This document shows, one piece after another, positions 18,001-30,800 of a DNA stretch of 64,000 bases (positions within the stretch are counted from its first letter, which is position 1; the number at the start of each line of letters is the position of its first letter). The DNA lies in NCBI GenBank assembly GCA_964016885.1, contig OZ024742.1, positions 73,966,001 through 74,030,000 on the forward strand, written 5' to 3'. Below the pieces are notes generated by a model, which searched no databases, was not told the origin of the DNA, and saw only the letters and a program-made list of their open reading frames with translations. This stretch comes from Eledone cirrhosa (taxonomy: Eukaryota). The position numbers and the translations under genes were made by a program.

Positions 18001-21000
18001 ACAGCTATACAACACTACCTCCCCTCTCTTATCCCAGACATCACAACTAACAGCTATACAACACTACCTCTCTTATTCCAGACATCACAACTAACAGCTA
18101 TACAACACTACCTCCCCTCTCTTATTCCAGACATCACAACTAACAGCTATACAACAGTACCTCCCCTCTCTTATCCCAGACATCACATCTAACAACTATA
18201 CAACAGTACCCATCTTATTCCAGACATCACAACTAACGGCTATACAACAGTACCTCTCATATCCCAGACACCACAGCTAACAACTATACAACAGTACCTC
18301 TCTTATCCCAGATATCACAACTAACAACTATACAACAGTACCTCTCTTATTCCAGACATCACAACTAACAGCTATACAACACTACCTCCCCTCTCTTATC
18401 CCAGACATCACAATTAACAGCTATACAACAGTACCTCCCCTCTCTTATTCCAAACATCACAACTAACAACTATACAACACTACCTCTGTTATTCCACAGA
18501 TCACAACTAACAGATATACAACACTACCTCTGTTATTCCAGACATCACAACTAACAGCTATACAACAGTACCTCTCTTATTCCAGACATCACAACTAACA
18601 GCTATACAACACTACCTCCCCTCTCTTATCCCAGACATCACAACTAACAACTATACAACACTACCTCTCTTATTCCATACATCACAACTAACAGCTATAC
18701 AACACTACCTCTCTTATCCCAGACATCACAACTAACAACTATACAACACTATCTCTCTTATTCCATACATCACAACTAACAGCTATACAACACTACCTCT
18801 CTTATCCCAGACATCACAACTAACAACTATACAACAGTACCTCTCTTATTCCAGACATCACAACTAACAGCTATACAACAGTACCTCCCCTCTCTTATCC
18901 CAGACATCACATCTAACAACTATACAACAGTACCCATCTTATTCCAGACATCACAACTAACAGCTATACAACACTACCTCCCCTCTCTTATCCCAGACAT
19001 CACAACTAACAATTATACAACACTACCTCTCTTATTCCATACATCACAACTAACAGCTATACAACACTACCTCTCTTATCCCAGACATCACAACTAACAA
19101 CTATACACCAGTACCTCTCTTATTCCAGACATCACAACTAACAGCTATACAACAGTACCCATCTTATTCCAGACATCACAACTAACGGCTATACAACAAT
19201 ACCTCTCTTATCCCAGACACCGCAGCTAACAACTATACAACAGCACCTCTCTTAGTCCAGACATCACAATTAACAACTATACAACAGTACCTCTCTTATT
19301 CCAGACATCACAACTAACAGCTATACAACAGCACCTCTCTTAGTCCAGACATCACAATTAACAGCTATACAACAGTACCTCTCTTATTCCAGACATCACA
19401 ACTAACAGCTATAGAACACTACCTCCCCTCTCTTATCCCAGACATCACAACTAACAGCTATACAACAGTACCTCTCTTATTCCAGACATCACAACTAACA
19501 ACTATACAACAGTACCTCTCTTATTCCAGACATCACAACTAACAGCTATACAACACTACCTCCCCTCTCTTATCCCAGACATCACAATTAACAGCTATAC
19601 AACAGTACCTCCCCTCTCTTATTCCAGACATCACAACTAACAACTATACAACACTATCTCTCTTATTCGACACATCACAACTAACAGCTATACAACACTA
19701 CCTCTCTTATTCCAGACATCACAACTAACAGCTATACAACAGTACCTCTCTTATTCCAGACATCACAACTAACAGCTATACAACCCTACCCCCCCTCTCT
19801 TATCCCAGACATTACAACTATAACTATACAACAGTACCTCTCTTTTTCCATACATCACAACTAACAGCTATACAACACTACCTGTCTTATTCCAGACATC
19901 ACAATAACAGCTATACAACAGTACCTCTCTTATTCCAGACATCACACTAACAGCTATACAACACTACCTCCCCTCTCTTATCCCAGACATCACAACTAAC
20001 AGCTATACAACACTACCTCTCTTATTCCAGACATCACAACTAACAGCTATACAACACTACCTCCCCTCTCTTATTCCAGACATCACAACTAACAGCTATA
20101 CAACAGTACCTCCCCTCTCTTATCCCAGACATCACATCTAACAACTATACAACAGTACCCATCTTATTCCAGACATCACAACTAACGGCTATACAACAGT
20201 ACCTCTCATATCCCAGACACCACAGCTAACAACTATACAACAGTACCTCTCTTATCCCAGATATCACAACTAACAACTATACAACAGTACCTCTCTTATT
20301 CCAGACATCACAACTAACAGCTATAGAACACTACCTCCCCTCTCTTATCCCAGACATCACAACTAACAGCTATACAACACTACCTCCCCTCTCTTATCCC
20401 AGACATCACAATTAACAGCTATACAACAGTACCTCCCCTCTCTTATTCCAAACATCACAACTAACAACTATACAACACTACCTCTCTTATTCCACACATC
20501 ACAACTAACAGCTATACAACAGTACATCTCTTATTCCACACATCACAACTAACAGCTATACAACAGTACCTCTCTTATTCCAGACATCACAACTAACAGC
20601 TATACAACACTACCTCCCCTCTCTTATCCCAGACATCACAACTAACAACTATACAACACTACCTCTCTTATTCCATATATCACAACTAACAGCTATACAA
20701 CACTACCTCTCTTATCTCAGACATCACAACTAACAACTATACAACACTATCTCTCTTATTCCATACATCACAACTAACAGCTATACAACACTACCTCTCT
20801 TATCCCAGACATCACAACTAACAACTATACAACAGTACCTCTCTTATTCCAGACATCATAACTAACAGCTATACAACAGTACCTCCTCTCCCTTATCCCA
20901 GACATCACATCTAACAACCATACAACAGTACCCATCTTATTCCAGACATCACAACTAACGGCTATACAACAGTACCTCTCTTATCCCAGACACCGCAGCT

Positions 21001-24000
21001 AACAACTATACAACAGTACCTCTCTTATCCCAGACATCACAACTAACAACAATACAACAGTACCTCTCTTATTCCACACATCACAACTAACAACTATACA
21101 ACAGTACCTCTCTTATTCCAGACATCACAACCAACAGCTATACAACAGCACCTCTCTTAGTCCAGACATCACAATTAACAACTATACAACAGTACCTCTC
21201 TTATACCAGACATCACAACTAACAGCTATACAACAGCACCTCTCTTAGTCCAGACATCACAATTAACAGCTATACAACAGTACCTCTCTTATTCCAGACA
21301 TCACAACTAACAGCTATAGAACACTACCTCCCCTCTCTTATCCCAGACATCACAACTAACAGCTATACAACACTACCTCCCCTCTCTTATCCCAGACATC
21401 ACAATTAACAGCTATACAACAGTACCTCCCCTCTCTTATTCCAGACATCACAACTAACAACTATACAACACTACCTCTTTTATTCCACACATCACAACTA
21501 ACAGCTATACGACACTACCTCTCTTATTCCAGACATCACAACTAACAGCTATACAACAGTACCTCTCTTATTCCAGACATCACAACTAACAGCTATACAA
21601 CCCTACCTCCCCTCTCTAATCCCAGACATTACAACTATATCTATACAACACTACCTCTCTTATTCCATACATCACAACTAACAGCTATACAACACTACCT
21701 CTCTTATTCCAGATATCACAACTAACAGCTATACAACAGTACCTCTCTTATTCCAGACATCACACTAACAGCTATACAACCCTACCTCCCCTGTCTTATC
21801 CCAGACATTACAACTATAACTATACAACACTACCTCTCTTATTCCATACATCAAAACTAACAGCTATACAACACTACCTCTCTTATTCCAGACATCACAA
21901 CTAACAGCTATACAACACTACCTCTCTTATTCCAGACATCACAATAACAGCTATACAACCAACAGTAGCTGCCTTATCCCAGACATCACATCTAAGAGCT
22001 ATACAAGACTACCTCCCCTCTCTTATTCCAGACATCACAACTAACAGCTATACAACAGCATCCCCCTTATCCAAGACATCACAACTTACAGCTATACAAC
22101 ACTACCTCCCCTCTTTTATCCAAGCATCACAACTAACAGCTATACAACACTACCTCTCTTATTCCAGACATCACAACTAACAGCTATACAACACTACCTC
22201 CCCTCTCTTATTCCAGACATCACAACTAACAGCTATACAACAGTACCTACACTCTCTTATTCCAGACATCACAACTAACAGCTATACAACAGTACCTCTC
22301 TTATTCCAAACATCACAACTAACAGCTATACAACAGTACCTCTCTTATTCCAGACATCACAACTAACAACTATACAACAGTACCACTCTTATTCCAGACA
22401 TCACAACTAACAGCTATACAACAGTACCTCTCTTATTCCAGACATCACAACTAACAGCTATACAACAGTACCTCTCTTATTCCAAACATCACAACTAACA
22501 GCTATACAACAGTACCTCTCTTATTCCAGACATCACAACTATCAGCTATACAACAGTACCTCTCTTATTCCAGACATCACAACTATCAGCTATACAACAA
22601 TACCTCTCTTATTCCAGACATCACAACTATCAGCTATACAACAGTACCTCTCTTATTCCAGACATCACAACTATCAGCTATACAACAGTACCTCTCTTAT
22701 TCCAGACATCACAACTAACAGCTATACAACAGTACCTCCACTCTCTTATTCCAGACATCACAACTAACAGCTATACAACAGTACCTCTCTTATTCCAAAC
22801 ATCACAACTAACAGCTATACAACAGTACCTCTCTTATTCCAGACATCACAACTAACAACTATACAACAGTACCACTCTTATTCCAGACATCACAACTAAC
22901 AGCTATACAACAGTACCTCTCTTATTCCAGACATCACAACTAACAGCTATACAACAGTACCTCTCTTATTCCAAACATCACAACTAACAGCTATACAACA
23001 GTACCTCTCTTATTCCAGACATCACAACTAACAGCTATACAACAGTACCTCTCTTATTCCAGACATCACAACTATCAGCTATACAACAGTACCTCTCTTA
23101 TTCCAGACATCACAACTATCAGCTATACAACAGTACCTCTCTTATTCCAGACATCACAACTATCAGCTATACAACAGTACCTCTCTTATTCCAGACATCA
23201 CAACTATCAGCTATACAACAGTACCTCTCTTATTCCAGACATCACAACTATCAGCTATACAACAGTACCTCCCCTCTCTTATCCCAGACATTACAACTAT
23301 AACTATACAACACTACCTCTCTTATTCCATACATCACAACTAACAGCTATACAACACTACCTCTCTTATTCCAGACATCACAACTAACAGCTATACAACC
23401 CTACCTCCCCTCTCTTATCCCAGACATTACAACTATAACTATACAACACTACCTCTCTTATTCCATACATCACAACTAACAGCTATACAACACTACCTCT
23501 CTTATTCCAGACATCACAACTAACAGCTATACAACACTACCTCTCTTATTCCAGACATCACAACTAACAGCTATACAACCCTACCTCCCCTCTCTTATCC
23601 CAGACATTACAACTATAACTATACAACACTACCTCTCTTATTCCATACATCACAACTAACAGCTATACAACACTACCTCTCTTATTCCAGACATCACAAC
23701 TAACAGCTATACAACACTACCTCTCTTATCCCAGACATCACAACTAACAGCTATACAACACTACCTCTCTTATTCCAGACATCACAATAACAGCTATACA
23801 ACCAACAGTAGCTGCCTTATCCCAGACATCACAACTAAGAGCTATACAACACTACCTCCCCTCTCTTATTCCAGACATCACAACTAACAGCTATACAACA
23901 GTACCTCCCCTCCCTTATCCCAGACATCACAACTAACAGCTATACAACACTACCTCCCCTCTCTTATTCCAGACATCACAACTAACAGCTATACAACAGT

Positions 24001-24787
24001 ACCTCCCCTCCCTTATCCCAGACATCACAACTAACAGCTATACAACAGCACCCCCCTTATCCAAGACATCACAACTTACAGCTATACAACACTACCTCCC
24101 CTCTTTTATCCAAGCATCACAACTAACAGCTATACAACACTACCTCTCTTATTCCAGACATCACAACTAACAGCTATACAACACTACCTCACCTCTCTTA
24201 TTCCAGACATCACAACTAACAGCTATACAACAGTACCTCTCTTATTCCAAACATCACAACTAACAGCTATACAACAGTACCACTCTTATTCCAGACATCA
24301 CAACTAACAGCTATACAACAGTACCTCTCTTATTCCAGACATCACAATTAACAGCTATACAACAGTACCTCTCTTATTCCAAACATCACAACTAACAGCT
24401 ATACAACAGTACCTCTCTTATTCCAGACATCACAACTATCAGCTATACAACAGTACCTCTCTTATTCCAGACATCACAACTAACAGCTATACAACAGTAC
24501 CTCTCTTATTCCAGACATCACAACTATCAGCTATACAACAGTACCTCTCTTATTCCAGACATCACAACTATCAGCTATACAACAGTACCTCTCTTATTCC
24601 AGACATCACAACTATCAGCTATACAACAGTACCTCTCTTATTCCAGACATCACAACTAACAGCTATACAACACTACCTCTCTTATTCCAGACATCACAAC
24701 TAACAGCTATACAACAGTACCTATCTTATTCGAGACATCACAACTAACAGCTATACAACACTACCTCTCTTATTCCAGACATCACAA
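1..24787. repeat. Satellite 1: 44-bp tandem repeat (GTACCTCTCTTATTCCAGACATCACAACTAACAGCTATACAACA) with a frequent 49-bp variant (+CCCCT); roughly 550 monomers, open at the left window edge
   Basis: Head-to-tail monomers read directly (starts at 1, 45, 94...). The + strand is A/C-rich and G-poor. Ends abruptly at ...GACATCACAA|AACTGAAAAT. Confidence 0.98.
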
Positions 24788-25084
24788 AACTGAAAATACG
24801 TTGAAATGTTATCTTCAACAGAATTCGAAATAAAAGAAACCTCAAAATATGTGTAATTATTACTGTAATTCCTGGAGTATGAAATCACTTTTTATAATCT
24901 AATAATGGAGAACTTTAGTTTTCTTTAACATTAAAATTTTAATGAATCATTTCAACTTTTTGACTAATTTAAACATCAATTTTCCTAATCTGTCACACAG
25001 CTGCATTATTTTTTTGTAGTCCCTTTCCCTTGGGTGGATTTATTAATTATACAATTTTGATTTGTTTTACATTTACAAATACGG

Positions 25085-25123
25085 CACATATACACACATT
25101 TACACACATACATACATACACAT
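25085..25123. repeat. Imperfect (CA/TACA)n microsatellite
   Basis: cacatatacacacatttacacacatacatacatacacaca. Confidence 0.7.
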
Positions 25124-25863
25124 TGGCATGAATTCAAACACGATAAACATGACAACTTTGTTATGAAACGGAACAGCATTTACATTTACTACCTACAATA
25201 GCCTTCACTTTGAGTTGGTGCTAGCTCGAAATGAAGTAAACCATATATATATTGTGGCAAAATATTATCATCATTGTCCATCTCATATATCTGCTGATTC
25301 ACTTATATATATAAAAAAACCCTGCTCTATTTATTTTCTACTGATTTACCTGCGTACAAACACATCTTACAGACTACCTTGCATTGTGCACAAGCATATG
25401 CCCACTGATACGTACCTCACTGGCAGTTGGTGCACACACCACCCAAATTCACTTGCATGCTTGCTCACATATCAACTAGACCCCACTTCTCCCATTAACA
25501 TCTTATTTATGCAAACATTATTTTTCTGTTGGTCTCTTGGTCGACTCACTTATCAATATCTATTACTCTTGTTAGTATCTTTGTTCGTCATTTAATGTTG
25601 CTACTTATTGTTTCCTATTGCTTTTTCGGTAAATTTGGGGGGAGCGGGGCTTGTGTAGTGACATATGCAGACGAAATTTTAGTTTCCTTCAATCGAAGAC
25701 TAATAGTGTGTGAAGCCAATATTTTACACAAACATAAGTAAAACTGCCATCTCCTCTATCTTAAGCTGTTTTCTTTCATTCTCTCTTAGTAGCAATTAAC
25801 TTCTGACTAGACATAACGACTTTACTAACATAAAAATATATCTGGACATTTCTCCACTCATTA

Positions 25864-26085
25864 CTGAATTGGCAGAATCGGTAGAGCATCTGACAAAATG
25901 CTATGTTTTGCGGCATTCATTTAGTTACAGCCCTTTATGTTCTGAGTTCAAATCCTGCTGAGATTAGCTTTACCGTCATTACAGGGTCTATAAAATAAAG
26001 TACCAGTAACACACTGGGGTCGATTTCATCGACTTTCCCCTCCCCAAAAATTGCTGGCCTTGTGTCTAAATCAGAAACCATTATT
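25864..26085 (+). mobile_element. tRNA-derived SINE, family A (octopus-type), near full length
   Basis: A-box-like TGGCAGAATCGGTA at ~25870 and B-box GTTCAAATCC at 25946-25955. Body has GGGGTCGAT..TCGAC, 3' end GGCCTTGTG..AGAAACCATTATT. Homologous copies at 28279, 62985 and 63176. Confidence 0.85.
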
Positions 26086-26504
26086 TAATAGACTTTGTAA
26101 AACACAAAAATATCTATGTACATTTTTTCGTATGTAAAGTTTTCCTTGATTTATCTTGTAAATTAAAATGTTGTATTCCGTATGAACTTTGTCCTATTTC
26201 AAACAACCACGAACTAGGCAGTTATTTATTATTCTACCAATAAGATAGGAAGTGTCCTTCTTTTTCTAGGCATGTAGAAAATGAAAGGAAAAAAATATGA
26301 TAATCAACTATTCTTGTAATCCCTACGAACAGTCTTATAATTTTTTACAATTACTTTTTATCTGCTGACCAGTAATACAAGTTTTTAAGTAAACAACGAC
26401 TTCAACTTGATGTAATCTGGATCACTGCTCAAATTGAGAGGTCTTTTTTTAATATTTAGTCCGAGGAAGGAGCACAATGCCCACAACATTATCGTCATTT
26501 TTTC

Positions 26505-26700
26505 AGAAACCAGGTCAAATCTGATCGAACAAACAACGAAAGGCGCTTCAGTCATGATTATTCCCACACTTCTATCGGTCATTGTGTTTCTATGATTACA
26601 TTATCCAAAATGTCTCTCCCGATTCAAGTTGGCAGGATGTAATTTATGGTAGATTTGGCTGTTATTTCTAACAAATCAAGCGACAACGTAGAGATTCATT
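26505..26700 (-). mobile_element. Degenerate short interspersed repeat, family C, copy 1
   Basis: Shares CATGA(T/C)TAT and TGTAAT(T/A)T..ATTTG(G/A)CTGTT(A/G)TTTCT..CG..ACGT blocks with the adjacent copy at 26712-26905. Confidence 0.55.
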
Positions 26701-26711
26701 CATTGGCTATT

Positions 26712-26905
26712 GCAGTTGTTGTTGTTGCTATTGCTGAATCCCTAGTAAACCCTAATCCAGCAATCTTATAATCAAATGTGTTCCAACCATGACTATCCTG
26801 TACTTCTCGTCTGCAATATTCAATGCGTCTTGCAATTTCCAAGACGACACGGTGTAATATGAGGGGAATTTGACTGTTGTTTCTTATAGGTCAATCGTCT
26901 ACGTG
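26712..26905 (-). mobile_element. Degenerate short interspersed repeat, family C, copy 2, with (AAC)n tail on the minus strand
   Basis: (GTT)n at ~26716-26727 followed by a body homologous to 26505-26700; SINE-like layout. Confidence 0.55.
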
Positions 26906-27124
26906 CATGTGGAAGTGCAATGGCAGTGGCAAGTGGAATACTTGATGGATAGTTAAGTTAATTTAGTTAAGATAGTTAAGTTAATTTAAGCTCAAGGGTT
27001 GTGTTGCTATATTCCAGCATTAATGCATTACACATTCTCCATTCCAGTTTTTGTGAAAATTTAAGTAACATATGTTAACAAGCTTCTACAGCATTAATAT
27101 AAAACATTTCTGTTTTTATAATAT

Positions 27125-27227
27125 TGTGTGCATGTGTATGTGTGCGTGTATGCATGTTTGTGTGAGTGTGTGTATGCGTGTGCGTGTGTGTGCGTGTGTG
27201 TACGTGTGTGTGCGTGTGTGTGTGTGT
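27125..27227. repeat. Imperfect (TG)n microsatellite
   Basis: Direct reading; explains the spurious ORFs at 27128 and 27166. Confidence 0.9.
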
Positions 27228-27230
27228 CTA

Positions 27231-27777
27231 TCTCTCTCTATATAAAATTCTTTGTCTGTCTGTTTGTCTGTCTGTTCCTATGCATTCTCAAACGGCTGGA
27301 CCAAATCAAATCAAATTTTACAATAGAAAACAACACACCGATGTCACATTTTGTATATGAATTGGTATGTGTCTATGAGTGTGTGTGTACGTGATTAAAT
27401 ACACTCACATATACACATATGTAGCGACTGACCAAAAATGAGGTAAAAAGCTATGCGTGTGTCTGGGTGAATGTATGTCTGTGTGTGTCTGTCTTAGTAT
27501 ATGTATATGAGAGTGTATGTGTGTGAGTGTGTATCAACAATTTATTCATTTGGACACCAACAACAAATTACACAATGAATATTGTTTACCCTAAGGTGCT
27601 TCAAAATTGACAGATTTTCATTTCTAAACTCTATTATCATTACAATTTTGATATTTTTAAAATAAACTATAGATATTTTGAAATAATTATGAGAAAAAAA
27701 ACATATCTTCATATTTATTGCTGACTAATCTGAGTAAGAACAGCAGTAACCAGGACAACGCCGGGTAATTCAGATAG
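27231..27777 (+). mobile_element. Non-autonomous Helitron (Lep1-like)
   Basis: 5' A|TCTCTCTCTATATAAAA, then (TGTC)n and AAACGGCTGGACCAAAT..AAATTT. 3' GC-rich hairpin ACCAGG-ACAACG-CCGGGT (27749-27766), then a CTAG-like ATAG|T. No TSD. Confidence 0.7.
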
Positions 27778-27842
27778 TGTGTACATATACGAAATTGCGT
27801 TGATATTCTGAGAGTTGTAGTGGGAACATGGATGTGACAATT

Positions 27843-30800
27843 TTACATGTGTACCTATATAATACACTGTACATTGCATGTAACCCTATATAATACACTT
27901 TACATGTAACCCTATATAATACACTTTACATGTAACCCTATATAATACATTTTACATCTAACCCTATATAATACACTTTACATGTAACCCTATATAATAC
28001 ATTTTACATGTAACCCTATATAATACACTGTACATTGCATGTAACCCTATATAATACACTGTACATTGCATGTAACCCTATATAATACACTGTACATTGC
28101 ATGTAACCCTATATAATACACTTTACATGTAACCCTATATAATACATTTTGCATGTGTACCTATATAATACACTGTACATTGCATGTAACCCTATATAAT
28201 ACAATTTACATGTAACCCTATATAATACACTTTACATGTGTACCTATATAATACACTGTACCTGTAACCCTATATAATTGTTTCGACTTTAGGCACAAGG
28301 CCAGCAATTATCCAGTGCATTACTGGCACTTTATTTTATCGACCCCGTAAGGATAAAAGGTAAAGTAAACCTCGGCGGGATTTGAACTCAGACCGTAAAG
28401 GGACGTAACTATGCTGGAAAGCATGGCGTCCGACTCTCTACCGATACTGCTAATCCATCGCCCTATATAATACCTGTGTACCTATATAATACACTGTACA
28501 TTGCATGTAACCCTATATAATACGCTGTACATGTAACCCTATATAATACACAGTACATGTAACCCTCTATAATACACTTTACATATGTACCTATATAATA
28601 CACTGTACATTGCATGTAATCCTCTATAATTCACTGTACCTGTGTACCTATATAATACACTGTACATGTAACCCTATATAATACACTGTACATGTAACCC
28701 TATATAATACACTGTACCTGTGTACCTATATAATACACTGTACATGTAACCCTATATAATACACTGTACCCGTGTACCTATATAATACACTGTACATGTA
28801 ACCCTATATTATACACTGTACATGTAACCCTATATAATACACTGTACATGTAACCCTATATAATACACTGTACCTGTGTACCTATATAATACACTGTACA
28901 TGTAACCCTATATAATACACTGTACATGTAACCCTATATAATACACTGTACCTGTGTACCTATATAATACACTGTACATGTAACCCTATATAATACACTG
29001 TACCTGTGTACCTATATAATACACTGTACATGTAACCCTATATAATACACTGTACATGTAACCCTATATAATACACTGTACCTGTGTACCTATATAATAC
29101 ACTGTACATGTAACCCTATATAATACACTGTACCTGTGTACCTATATAATACACTGTACATGTAACCCTATATAATACACTGTACATGTAACCCTATATA
29201 ATACACTGTACATGTAACCCTATATAATACACTGTACATGTAACCTATATAATACACTGTACCTGTGTACCTATATAATAAACTGTACATGTGTACCTAT
29301 ATAATACACTGTACATGTAACCTATATAATACAGTGTACCTGTGTACCTATATAATACACTGTACCTGTGTACCTATATAATACACTGTACATGTAACCC
29401 TATATAATACACTGTACCTGTGTACCTATATAATACACTGTACATGTAACCCTATATAATACACTGTACATGTAACCCTATATAATACACTGTACCTGTG
29501 TACCTATATAATACACTGTATATGTAACCCTATATAATACACTGTACATGTAACCCTATATAATACACTGTACCTGTGTACCTATATAATACACTGTACA
29601 TGTAACCCTATATAATACACTGTACCTGTGTACCTATATAATACACTGTACATGTAACCCTATATAATACACTGTACCTGTGTACCTATATAATACACTG
29701 TACATGTAACCCTATATAATACACTGTACCTGTGTACCTATATAATACACTGTACATGTAACCCTATATAATACACTGTACATGTAACCCTATATAATAC
29801 ACTGTACCTGTGTACCTATATAATACACTGTACATGTAACCCTATATAATACACTGTACATGTAACCCTATATAATACACTGTACCTGTGTACCCATATA
29901 ATACACTGTATATGTAACCCTATATAATACACTGTACATGTAACCCTATATAATACACTGTACCTGTGTACCTATATAATACACTGTACATGTAACCCTA
30001 TATAATACACTGTACCTGTGTACCTATATAATACACTGTACATGTAACCCTATATTATACACTGTACATGTAACCCTATATAATACACTGTACATGTAAC
30101 CCTATATAATACACTGTACCTGTGTACCTATATAATACACTGTACATGTAACCCTATATAATACACTGTACCTGTGTACCTATATAATACACTGTACATG
30201 TAACCCTATATAATACACTGTACCTGTGTACCTATATAATACACTGTACATGTAACCCTATATAATACACTGTACCTGTGTACCTATATAATACACTGTA
30301 CATGTAACCCTATATAATACACTGTACATGTAACCCTATATAATACACTGTACCTGTGTACCTATATAATACACTGTACATGTAACCCTATATAATACAC
30401 TGTACCTGTGTACCTATATAATACACTGTACATGTAACCCTATATAATACACTGTACCTGTGTACCTATATAATACACTGTACATGTAACCCTATATAAT
30501 ACACTGTACATGTAACCCTATATAATACACTGTACCTGTGTACCTATATAATACACTGTACATGTAACACTATATAATACACTGTACCTGTGTACCTATA
30601 TAATACACTGTACATGTAACCCTATATAATACACTGTGCCTGTGTACCTATATAATACACTGTACATGTAACCCTATATAATACACTGTACATGTAACCC
30701 TATATAATACACTGTACCTGTGTACCTATATAATACACTGTACATGTAACCCTATATAATACACTGTACCTGTGTACCTATATAATACACTGTACATGTG

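Noticed and set aside
1-24787. CRISPR-like array
   Set aside because: Monomers are contiguous with no unique spacers, there are no cas genes, and the context is eukaryotic.
1-24787. SMAD-binding CAGAC motif in nearly every monomer
   Set aside because: A 5-bp match in a 44-bp unit is unremarkable and has no supporting evidence.
25864-25960. tRNA gene
   Set aside because: The A/B boxes belong to a SINE head; there is no cloverleaf and the sequence continues into the SINE body.
25215-26582. Short ORFs (126, 70 and 65 aa)
   Set aside because: No recognisable domain; low-complexity or repeat-derived; some have non-ATG starts.
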